A DNA stretch of 64,000 bases from Candidatus Omnitrophota bacterium (GTDB lineage Bacteria; Omnitrophota; Gorgyraeia; Gygaellales; Profunditerraquicolaceae): assembly GCA_028716705.1 (NCBI GenBank), contig JAQUPI010000001.1:1614-65613 (forward strand). Direction: 5' to 3'. The notes beneath the pieces are model-generated. The model saw only the letters and a program-made list of their open reading frames with translations. It had not been told where the DNA came from and did not search any database. A program made the position numbers and the translations under genes. How positions within the stretch are numbered: the first letter of the stretch is position 1; the number at the start of each line of letters is the position of its first letter. Shown one piece after another: positions 56,401 to 63,383 of this stretch.

Positions 56401-57965
56401 TCAAAACGACCACTCCCGAAGACAGAACTATCAGTTACTATTACGACGGATTAAATCAGCTGGCTTCTCTTGTGGATATCTACGGAAAATCCACCACCTA
56501 TACCTATGACAGCTTGGGCAGGAGGATAAAAACCACGCTTCCTAACTCAACTACCGCATCCTATACTTATGATGCCTTAAGCCGGCTGCTTAGTTTAACC
56601 AATAAAACCAGCTCAGGCGCGATCATCTCAAGCTATACCTATACTTATGATAGTGTGGGTAATCGCCTCACCAGAGTAGAGCCGCATTTAAAGACCTCCT
56701 ATGCCTACGATGATCTATATCAGCTTACCCAAAGCTCCTTCACCAGGCTTAAAGGCCACAAAAGCGATATAGAGGAAGATCTCGAGGAGGATGACGATGA
56801 AGATGATGACGAAGAAGAAAAAGACAGCCGCAAAGAGCCAAAAGAACGCTTGACTGAAGCCTATACCTATGATGTTCTGGGCAATCGTCTCACCTCCTTG
56901 AAAGATACCTACACTTATAATCCCCTGAATCAGCTCTTGGCCACAGATAAATATGCCTACGAATACGACCATAACGGCAATCTCATCCGTAAGACCGAGC
57001 TTGACGAAAACGAAGCCCCGGTTACCTTTAATTATGAATACGATTACGAGAACAGGTTAAAGCAGGTCCGGATCGAAAAAGAAGACGAAAGTAAGATAAT
57101 CTCCTTTGGCTATGATCCTTTCGGAAGAAGAATAAGAAAAACAATACAAAAAGAAGATAAGACAGAGACCACAACCTACATATATGACAACGAGGATATC
57201 ATCCTGGAATACCGCAGGGATGGTTCAAAGCCGTCCAAACAAGAAGTAGTCCGCTACACCCACGGTCCGGGCACGGATGAGCCGATTTCGATGGAGCGAA
57301 AGAAAAAACGCTTCTACTACCACTATGACGGCTTAGGCAGCGTCACTGAATTTACCAGCCAGAAACAAAAGACAGCTGAGCGCTACGAATATGACTCCTT
57401 TGGCAATCTCTACCGCCAAGGCAACCGCACCAAAAACACATACACCTTCACCGGCAGGGAATTCGATAAAGAAACCGGCCTCTACTACTACCGCAACCGT
57501 TACTATGATCCTAAAGTAGGCAGGTTCATTACCCAGGATCCATTGGGCATGGTCGACGGTCCGAATATGTATGCGTATGTCAGGAATAATCCAATTACTT
57601 TTGTAGATCCGTGGGGATGGTGTAAAAAAACTGGATGGTGGCCAAGATGGTTAAATTTAATTGTGCCTGGCTATAGAAATTATGGTGGTCCATCTAGAAG
57701 TGGGCCTTTGCTACCAGAAGACTTATTGGATGCTGCATTTCAAAGGCATGATATTGGTTATAGGGAAGGAAATTTAGATTTTGCTGATTTGCAATTATTA
57801 AATGATCTTTCTAATCTTCCGCCGGATCCTCGAAACTGGGGAGAAGGAGTAAATCCTATTTATGCTAGACTATACCGGAAAAGTGCATTTATTATTTTTG
57901 CGACTCGACAAACAATCCGACAAGGTACAAAAGAACTAGAACGATTAGAATATCTTGCAGTGTAA
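53472..57965 (+). CDS. rhs: Rhs/YD-repeat polymorphic toxin (1497 aa): Sec signal peptide, three tandem ~105-aa N-terminal repeat domains, RHS shell with YD repeats, DPxGL/PWGW autoproteolysis motif, C-terminal PLA2-like toxin domain
   Basis: Signal MTLFFCLFSKLAFA; RHS hallmark VATGNMF...GYGWRSNFD; dozens of YxYDxxGNL repeats; FITQDPLGMVDGPNMYAYVRNNPITFVDPWGW core end; then a 114-aa AT-rich tail. Confidence 0.9.
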   Translation: MSEIKAKEIRTKLRVIFMTLFFCLFSKLAFAETTASISVSGSRGVIDISTSTFFSVDPDTGRTGGTVAIYRDSSKIYEASTTKYPSWAYSFRYSTIEFIDGSHTFSVVATSWDGSSASDSQAIQTDNSPRINIISPQGETRGVVDVNISYSYPSSHNTSPNMYLDLYTNPANPNPSYTMYLALSNTAETQGNWILKIDTTAWRDGARTIRAVTRNIRNAVTATSDVVSNNTPYVILSPGDGKITRGIIPVNVTYSFPSTASAVGIPNAYLTFYIDNVAKSAYWFALSDTSETTGIWSFNIDTSNWAEGSAHTLKITTLTHPNQAIMVSNVIVAKKTTEVPLTRLLSKDKGTVVGEPINVATGNMFTSQTDILIPGREIPLELSRTYNSQDDFGGQFGYGWRSNFDIVLTDESDRVIEVDETGVYTIYDKDSDGTYKPSAGKYSVLTKNPEGTYTILRKSGRKLYFDSQGWLIKIGGRNGNFINILRDSNGTITEISDASTRKLLFTADSQGRIVRVTDQQERTFKYEYDTNGDLIKTIDPLNQETLYQYDSNHNLIRQTDANSHSLYFEYDSSDRAYHSWQDEHNNEVTLSFDPENKTTITTDSLGNATKYEYDDYGLVTKITDSQNKVQSFIWDSDLNKTASTDQNGNTALFTYDSRGNLLTVKDPLNNTAAFTYEPDFDLVSSITDALGAVTQYTYDARGNLIKIKDALDNATDCIYNVQGDLIQLKDANNNITNFTYDAFGNLAQAVDALNNPTSFTYDILGNLVRTTDAVGNATQFTYDALNRLIRITYPDNSQAARAYDPVGNLITSTDPNNQITSYAYDTVNRLIQVTDPQGNITQCAYDSEGNRTSAVDAAGNVQRYFYDSLNRPIRTLDALNNQANFVYDPAGNLISRTDANGNTINYTYDSLNRLLKKQYPDSTEEAFDYDPRGNMLSCSDPEISYNLSYDALGRLIDLTDSNNAKLSYAYDPVGNKIKTTTPEDRTISYYYDGLNQLASLVDIYGKSTTYTYDSLGRRIKTTLPNSTTASYTYDALSRLLSLTNKTSSGAIISSYTYTYDSVGNRLTRVEPHLKTSYAYDDLYQLTQSSFTRLKGHKSDIEEDLEEDDDEDDDEEEKDSRKEPKERLTEAYTYDVLGNRLTSLKDTYTYNPLNQLLATDKYAYEYDHNGNLIRKTELDENEAPVTFNYEYDYENRLKQVRIEKEDESKIISFGYDPFGRRIRKTIQKEDKTETTTYIYDNEDIILEYRRDGSKPSKQEVVRYTHGPGTDEPISMERKKKRFYYHYDGLGSVTEFTSQKQKTAERYEYDSFGNLYRQGNRTKNTYTFTGREFDKETGLYYYRNRYYDPKVGRFITQDPLGMVDGPNMYAYVRNNPITFVDPWGWCKKTGWWPRWLNLIVPGYRNYGGPSRSGPLLPEDLLDAAFQRHDIGYREGNLDFADLQLLNDLSNLPPDPRNWGEGVNPIYARLYRKSAFIIFATRQTIRQGTKELERLEYLAV
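56893..57505 (+). repeat. 613-bp segment of rhs (RHS core end) that is 100% identical to 58375..58987 in the orphan cassette
   Basis: Nucleotide identity checked by eye at both ends and in the middle (offset 1482 bp); identity breaks at 57506/58988, then decays. Confidence 0.85.
57621..57962 (+). other. C-terminal toxin domain 1 of Rhs: phospholipase A2-like (parvovirus VP1u/PLA2 motif)
   Basis: YRNYGGPSRSGPLLPEDLLDAAFQRHDIGY aligns with the viral PLA2 consensus YxGPG...DAAAKEHDEAY (Ca loop + HD catalytic dyad with the same about 18-aa spacing). Confidence 0.55.
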
Positions 57966-57978
57966 AGGAGGGATAAGA

Positions 57979-58212
57979 ATGAAACTCAAAGATAATCAAA
58001 TAATTAAAATATTTGTATTGTCGTTTCTCCTTATGGAATTTATGTTAATTAGTTTTTGCTTCGTTTCATGCGAAAATGCTCCTCTATTAATTCGCTTGAT
58101 AATTATCTTATTAGTTATAATTTGTTGTTTATGCCTATTTTATTTTATTTTTAGATTTTTAATCTGGATTATAAAAAAAATTGTAATTGTGAAGAATAAA
58201 TTAACACGATAA
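57979..58212 (+). CDS. Putative cognate immunity protein 1: 77-aa hydrophobic (2-3 TM) membrane protein
   Basis: RBS AAAGGAGGG; Cys/Ile/Leu-rich TM helices; immediately downstream of the toxin; AT-rich. Confidence 0.5.
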   Translation: MKLKDNQIIKIFVLSFLLMEFMLISFCFVSCENAPLLIRLIIILLVIICCLCLFYFIFRFLIWIIKKIVIVKNKLTR

Positions 58213-58256
58213 GAATAATAATGGAATTCCGGGGAGGTACCAATTCCGGGTAGAAG

Positions 58257-58320
58257 ACGCTCTTTATAATTTTTTCTTGATTTCATTAGATATGAAATAA
58301 TTCCTTCCGCCTTCTAATCA
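58257..58320 (+). repeat. Junction repeat R1 (about 65 bp) downstream of immunity gene 1; imperfect copy at 59873..59940
   Basis: CGCTCTTTATAA...AATAATTCCTTCC...TTCTA shared blocks; about 75% identity. Confidence 0.6.
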
Positions 58321-58328
58321 AATCTGCG

Positions 58329-59453
58329 ATGAAAATAGAAATATCCAAAATCACCCCCTTAGGTAACCGTTTAACCTCCTTGAAAGATACCTACACTTAT
58401 AATCCCCTGAATCAGCTCTTGGCCACAGATAAATATGCCTACGAATACGACCATAACGGCAATCTCATCCGTAAGACCGAGCTTGACGAAAACGAAGCCC
58501 CGGTTACCTTTAATTATGAATACGATTACGAGAACAGGTTAAAGCAGGTCCGGATCGAAAAAGAAGACGAAAGTAAGATAATCTCCTTTGGCTATGATCC
58601 TTTCGGAAGAAGAATAAGAAAAACAATACAAAAAGAAGATAAGACAGAGACCACAACCTACATATATGACAACGAGGATATCATCCTGGAATACCGCAGG
58701 GATGGTTCAAAGCCGTCCAAACAAGAAGTAGTCCGCTACACCCACGGTCCGGGCACGGATGAGCCGATTTCGATGGAGCGAAAGAAAAAACGCTTCTACT
58801 ACCACTATGACGGCTTAGGCAGCGTCACTGAATTTACCAGCCAGAAACAAAAGACAGCTGAGCGCTACGAATATGACTCCTTTGGCAATCTCTACCGCCA
58901 AGGCAACCGCACCAAAAACACATACACCTTCACCGGCAGGGAATTCGATAAAGAAACCGGCCTCTACTACTACCGCAACCGTTACTACGACCCTGCGATC
59001 GGCCGCTTCATCACCCAGGACCCGCTGGGGATGGTCGATGGGCCGAATATGTATACGTATGTAAACAATAATCCGGTGAATTTTGTGGATCCGTGGGGAT
59101 TGTGCGGGACAGATAAAAGTAAGCATTGGGGTCCAGAATGGTTAGAAAAATTAATTCCTGATTATGAAGGATATGGCGGGCCTGATAGAACAGATCTAAC
59201 TTTTAAAACAAGACCAACAGATAGCATGGACGAGATATTTATGCAACATGATTTCTTATGGTTTAAGGGATATGGAAAACAAGCAGATACAATAATATTT
59301 TCTAATCTTGTTAATCTACCTTTAAATCCCTATAACTGGGAAAATAAACCGAGAAATCTTATTTGGGCTGTGTTATATCGTGAAAGCGCTATTATATATT
59401 TTGGATATAAGGAGATAATAAAAGGAGAAGCGAATGATAAAAAAACCAACTAG
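58329..59453 (+). CDS. Orphan rhs C-terminal cassette: truncated RHS core fragment (homology from about 58363) plus alternative diverged PLA2-like toxin domain (59103..59450)
   Basis: The N-terminal MKIEISK is not homologous and lacks an RBS; from LGNRLTSLKD onward it is identical or near-identical to Rhs residues about 1134-1376, then ends DPWGLCG + 116-aa tail with YEGYGGP...DEIFMQHDFLW. Confidence 0.7.
   Translation: MKIEISKITPLGNRLTSLKDTYTYNPLNQLLATDKYAYEYDHNGNLIRKTELDENEAPVTFNYEYDYENRLKQVRIEKEDESKIISFGYDPFGRRIRKTIQKEDKTETTTYIYDNEDIILEYRRDGSKPSKQEVVRYTHGPGTDEPISMERKKKRFYYHYDGLGSVTEFTSQKQKTAERYEYDSFGNLYRQGNRTKNTYTFTGREFDKETGLYYYRNRYYDPAIGRFITQDPLGMVDGPNMYTYVNNNPVNFVDPWGLCGTDKSKHWGPEWLEKLIPDYEGYGGPDRTDLTFKTRPTDSMDEIFMQHDFLWFKGYGKQADTIIFSNLVNLPLNPYNWENKPRNLIWAVLYRESAIIYFGYKEIIKGEANDKKTN
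58375..58987 (+). repeat. Second copy of the 613-bp identical rhs segment
   Basis: See 56893..57505. Confidence 0.85.
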
Positions 59454-59793
59454 AGTTATTTTAATTTCAGGTCTAGGTTTAATTATTGGAATTTTTAATA
59501 TTTTTGTATACTCTAATCATAATAGTCCGATTTTTCTTACTATCGGAGTTACATGTTTTATACTAAGTATAGGTTTATTTAAATTAAATAATTGGGCACG
59601 TATGCTGACTATAATTATGGCTAGCGTGTTCATTATAATTTATGGTGCATTGCTAATATATACATTTGCATATTACGAGCAACATCATGGGTTTGCCGGA
59701 ATCGCTCTTATTTTTCACTTGCCTTTATTATTGCTATCCATTTGGTCTTTAGATTGTTTGAATAACCCAGGTATTAAAACATTATTTCATTGA
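59434..59793 (+). CDS. Putative cognate immunity protein 2: 119-aa polytopic membrane protein
   Basis: RBS AAAGGAGAAG; 3-4 predicted TM helices; overlaps the orphan toxin stop; AT-rich. Confidence 0.5.
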   Translation: MIKKPTRVILISGLGLIIGIFNIFVYSNHNSPIFLTIGVTCFILSIGLFKLNNWARMLTIIMASVFIIIYGALLIYTFAYYEQHHGFAGIALIFHLPLLLLSIWSLDCLNNPGIKTLFH

Positions 59794-59872
59794 AACAACC
59801 AATTATGGGAATTCTAGGGACACAATACTTATTTTAATTAAGTAATTGTGGAAAAATAACAAAAATAGCAAG

Positions 59873-59940
59873 GCGCTCTTTATAAGTCTTTCTCATCCGT
59901 TTAGGTATAAAATAATTCCTTCCATCGATTCTATTAAACT
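59873..59940 (+). repeat. Junction repeat R2 (imperfect copy of 58257..58320) downstream of immunity gene 2
   Basis: See R1. Confidence 0.6.
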
Positions 59941-60002
59941 TTCATTAACCTTAAAGAAAGGGGGCGCTTCTATATTTCGCATCCTTTTCTCCAAACCAAC
60001 CC

Positions 60003-60030
60003 TTTACTAATCCGTAAATTATTGTATAAT
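60003..60030 (+). promoter_or_regulatory. Sigma70-like promoter TTTACT-N16-TATAAT upstream of the PfkB kinase gene
   Basis: Read directly; 10 nt before ATG 60041. Confidence 0.4.
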
Positions 60031-60040
60031 ACCTGCTAAT

Positions 60041-60940
60041 ATGAGCATAATCGTATTGGGAACAGTGGCATTGGACACGGTAAAGACGCCGTTTGGCAGC
60101 AAAAAGCATATGCTGGGCGGCTCTGCGGCGCATTTTTCCATGTCGGCGCGCCTGTTCGCCAAGGTGAATTTAGTCGCGATCATCGGAGAGGACTTTCCTC
60201 CTAAATATATCGAATTTCTGCGTAAAAAAGGCCTGATCCTGACTTCATTGATCAAGGAAAAGGGAAGGACTTTTAAATGGCAGGGGGAATACAGGGGAGA
60301 CTTGAATACCGCCCTTACCTTAAATACAGAGCTGGGCGTGCTTTCGGCGTTCCGTCCTTGCATTTCCAAAGAACAGAGGAAGATAAAACATATTTTCCTG
60401 GCCAATGTTGACCCGGATATCCAGAGGCACCTGCTTTCCAGCATGCAGTCCCCGCAGCTGGTGGGGTTGGACAGCATGAACTACTGGATACACCATAAGC
60501 GTCAGGGGCTGGTACGCCTTTTAAAGAAGGTGGATATCTATGTCGCCAATGATCAGGAAGCCAGGGATCTATCGGGAGAAACGAACTTGATCAAAGCGGC
60601 TAAATGTTTATCCAGCTACGGCCCGAAGATGGTCCTGATCAAAAAAGGCGAGCACGGCGTAATTTTTTACACCGATAAATTCATCATCGCCATACCCGCC
60701 TACCCCACGGATAAAGTGATCGACCCGACGGGAGCCGGGGATACCTTTGCCGGAGGGTTTATGGGTTATTTGACCAAGGCAAGGAAGATAAATTCTGAAA
60801 CACTTAAGCAGGCGATCGCCTTCGGCACGATCGCGGCTTCCTTCAATGTGGAGGGTTTCGGCCTGGAAAGGACTTCCAGGCTTAGTTTAAGCGAATTGGA
60901 GCGCAGGCTTTCCCGTTTCAGGGAGCTTGTTGTTTTTTAA
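60041..60940 (+). CDS. PfkB/ribokinase-family sugar kinase
   Basis: DPTGAGDTFAGGF PfkB signature 2; GG N-terminal motif. Confidence 0.8.
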   Translation: MSIIVLGTVALDTVKTPFGSKKHMLGGSAAHFSMSARLFAKVNLVAIIGEDFPPKYIEFLRKKGLILTSLIKEKGRTFKWQGEYRGDLNTALTLNTELGVLSAFRPCISKEQRKIKHIFLANVDPDIQRHLLSSMQSPQLVGLDSMNYWIHHKRQGLVRLLKKVDIYVANDQEARDLSGETNLIKAAKCLSSYGPKMVLIKKGEHGVIFYTDKFIIAIPAYPTDKVIDPTGAGDTFAGGFMGYLTKARKINSETLKQAIAFGTIAASFNVEGFGLERTSRLSLSELERRLSRFRELVVF

Positions 60941-60956
60941 TAAACCGGAGAATGAC

Positions 60957-61418
60957 ATGCTAGAAGAGAAGATCTTTAATGATTACAAAGAAGCGATGAA
61001 GAATAAGGATACCTTAAAGAGTTCGGTCCTGAGTTTTCTGCGCGCCGCGATGATCAACTCCGCCATAGAGAAAAAGAAGAAGGCCCTGGATGATCCCGAG
61101 GTGGTAGCGGTGATAAAGAAACAGGTAAAACAGCGCCAGGATTCCATCGAACAGTTCCAAAAAGGCAACCGCCAGGACCTGGCGGACAAGGAAATAAGGG
61201 AATTAGAGGTGCTCAAGGCGTATTTGCCGGAAGAACTTCCCGAGGAAGAGGTCAAAAAGGTGGTCGAAGAGGCCATTTCTTTGACTTCTGCTTCAGGGAT
61301 CAAAGATATGGGCCTGGTAATGAAGGAAGTTAACGCGAAGATAGCCGGCCGGGCAGACGGCAAGCTGGTAAGCGGGTTGGTCAGGGAACGGCTAATTTTC
61401 CTTGACAACAAAAAGTAA
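60957..61418 (+). CDS. GatB/YqeY-domain protein
   Basis: YqeY-like N-terminus (IFNDYKEAMKNKDTLKSSVLSFLRAA); start at ATG 60957 with GGAGA RBS. Confidence 0.7.
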   Translation: MLEEKIFNDYKEAMKNKDTLKSSVLSFLRAAMINSAIEKKKKALDDPEVVAVIKKQVKQRQDSIEQFQKGNRQDLADKEIRELEVLKAYLPEELPEEEVKKVVEEAISLTSASGIKDMGLVMKEVNAKIAGRADGKLVSGLVRERLIFLDNKK

Positions 61419-61460
61419 TTGTAGTATTCTTGTAATTTCTAATAGTTTTTAGGGCTATTA

Positions 61461-61475
61461 TGTGATTTTTTCACA
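61461..61475 (+). promoter_or_regulatory. TGTGA-N5-TCACA palindrome (CRP/FNR-family-like site with a 5-nt rather than 6-nt spacer) 30 bp upstream of an Fe-S oxidoreductase gene
   Basis: ATGTGATTTTTTCACAT read directly. Confidence 0.25.
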
Positions 61476-61505
61476 TATCCCGCCATAAATTCTTCTATAA
61501 AATCA

Positions 61506-62570
61506 ATGGGTGCGATATATTATAGCGAATCCGGCCAGTTAAATTCCTTCTATAATGATTTAAAAAAGAAGTTCCGGGTTTTTTCGCCTGTAATAAAAGA
61601 GCAGAATTATACTAAGAAGACGGATTATTCTTTTCAAGACCTTCCTGAAGGAGAAACCCTCGTATACAATCCCTACCGCGCAGTTGAGCCCCTGAAATCT
61701 TTTTTTACATACCCACAAGAGAAAGCGGCGAAATACTTTAATCCCGATGAGCCTTCACCTGAATCCAAACAGGTGGTGATCTTTGGGGTTAAAAGCTGCG
61801 ATATAGCCGGCCACAAGGTCCAGGATTTCATTTACCTGGAAGGAGTGGAAGTCGATGAGCAGTACCGGTTTAGGCGCGAGAATACAATATTCATTTCCAG
61901 CGACTGCACTGATTACAAGGAAGTCTGCCATTGCCTTGCCTGGGATATACTGCCTCATCCTACATGGGGCTTTGACCTGAATCTTTCTCCCCTAAATGAG
62001 GGGTATCTGGTGGAAGTCGGCTCCGAAAAAGGCGAGGGCCTGATAACGCGGTTTAAAGAGTATTTTGTCCTTGCCAAAGAGTCGCAAATAGCGGCGCGCA
62101 AAGTAAAAAGGGAGAACCTCATTAATCGCCTAAGTGCGGACCTTTTGCCGAAACGCCTGGTTAAAAAAGATACCGTCCAGAAGCTGATGAGGCAGGGATA
62201 CGACCTGGATACATGGCAGCAGTTCATGCTGACCTGCGTTGAATGCGGCGGATGCAATTTGATCTGCGACACTTGCCATTGTTTCCTTTTAGCGGATAAA
62301 AAAGAAAAAAACAGCGTCAACAGCAAGCTCAAGCTCTGGGATTCCTGTTTATACGCCAATTACGCCAGGGTGGCCGGCGGGGCTAATCCCAATAAAAGAA
62401 GGGCGCAGAGGCTAAGGTTCCGTTTTACGAAAAAATTCGATTTCTTTGTGGATAATCTCGGCATGCAGGCCTGCTGCGGCTGCGGAAGGTGCATCGAGGT
62501 TTGCCCGGGAAAGATCGACATAAGGGAGGTCTTGAAGGACCTGGCCAAGAAACTTAATATAAATCAATGA
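61506..62570 (+). CDS. Cys-rich Fe-S protein resembling anaerobic sulfite reductase subunit A / sulfhydrogenase beta subunit
   Basis: Multiple Cys clusters (CVECGGCNLICDTCHC, CCGCGRCIEVCPG); pairing with a downstream AsrB-like flavoprotein. Confidence 0.55.
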   Translation: MGAIYYSESGQLNSFYNDLKKKFRVFSPVIKEQNYTKKTDYSFQDLPEGETLVYNPYRAVEPLKSFFTYPQEKAAKYFNPDEPSPESKQVVIFGVKSCDIAGHKVQDFIYLEGVEVDEQYRFRRENTIFISSDCTDYKEVCHCLAWDILPHPTWGFDLNLSPLNEGYLVEVGSEKGEGLITRFKEYFVLAKESQIAARKVKRENLINRLSADLLPKRLVKKDTVQKLMRQGYDLDTWQQFMLTCVECGGCNLICDTCHCFLLADKKEKNSVNSKLKLWDSCLYANYARVAGGANPNKRRAQRLRFRFTKKFDFFVDNLGMQACCGCGRCIEVCPGKIDIREVLKDLAKKLNINQ

Positions 62571-63382
62571 AAAATATATACCAGCCTAAAGAGGCGATAC
62601 TCGAAGATATAATTACGGAAAGCCCGACGATAAAAACCTTTGTCATAAGGCCGAAAGAGGCTTTTGAATTTAAGACCGGCCAGTTCATTGAATTGACGCT
62701 GCCCGGAGCGGGCGAGGCTCCTTTTACTCCGTCATCCGACCCGAATGTGAAGGATAAGATCGATGTGACCATTATGAACGTGGGGAAAGTCACCTCTCTT
62801 TTACACTCGAGCGGCAAGAATATACCCTTAGGGATACGCGGGCCGTTCGGGAAGGGATACCCCCTTGAGGATTTTAAAGGAAAAGATATTTTGATCGTTG
62901 GCGGAGGCGTGGGGCTGGCGCCTTTACGCTCTTTGCTTTTCAGCCTGTTTTCGAAGATCGACGATTATAATAAGGTTGTGCTGCGTTACGGGGCCAGGAC
63001 CGCGAATGACATAATATATAAAGGGTCCATCCCCGAATGGGGCAAGAAGAAAAAGGTTGATGTGGTGACTACCGTTGACGTGGGGACACCGGATTGGAAG
63101 GGCAATGTCGGACTGGTGACCACGATATTAAAAGACCTGCCCGTAGATATGAAAAAGGCGATTTCGATCGTCTGCGGCCCTCCTATAATGATGAAATTCG
63201 TCACCTTAAAATTACTGGACATAGGTTTTAAGCCGAAAGACATATACCTTTCCATGGAGAAGAACATGTCCTGCGGGCTGGGTAAGTGCGGGCATTGCCG
63301 CCTTGGCAGTTATTTTATCTGCAGGGACGGCCCGGTATTCACTTATGAGCAGTTAAAGGATACTCGGGATATATGGGATTAA
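62567..63382 (+). CDS. FAD/NAD-binding oxidoreductase with C-terminal 2Fe-2S site (AsrB / sulfhydrogenase gamma / PyrK-like)
   Basis: GGVGLAP NAD motif; C-terminal CGLGKCGHCRLG...C cluster. Confidence 0.7.
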   Translation: MKNIYQPKEAILEDIITESPTIKTFVIRPKEAFEFKTGQFIELTLPGAGEAPFTPSSDPNVKDKIDVTIMNVGKVTSLLHSSGKNIPLGIRGPFGKGYPLEDFKGKDILIVGGGVGLAPLRSLLFSLFSKIDDYNKVVLRYGARTANDIIYKGSIPEWGKKKKVDVVTTVDVGTPDWKGNVGLVTTILKDLPVDMKKAISIVCGPPIMMKFVTLKLLDIGFKPKDIYLSMEKNMSCGLGKCGHCRLGSYFICRDGPVFTYEQLKDTRDIWD

Positions 63383-63383
63383 A

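Noticed and set aside
58329-58362. ATG at 58329 (MKIEISKITP...) as a genuine N-terminus of an independent protein
   Set aside because: No RBS; the first 11 codons are unrelated to Rhs while the homology starts at about 58363; treated as the 5' edge of a displaced C-terminal cassette rather than a true start (translation from it cannot be excluded).
58873-59064. 63-aa + strand ORF inside the orphan rhs fragment
   Set aside because: An alternative frame of a region that is nucleotide-identical to the rhs core; Ser/Thr/Ala-rich frame artefact.
53393-60040. Possibility that the Rhs region is a classical mobile element (IS or integron cassette array)
   Set aside because: No transposase, integrase, tRNA or inverted terminal repeats are present; the repeats are a direct rhs-core duplication and short junction repeats, consistent with Rhs CT-cassette accretion rather than transposition.
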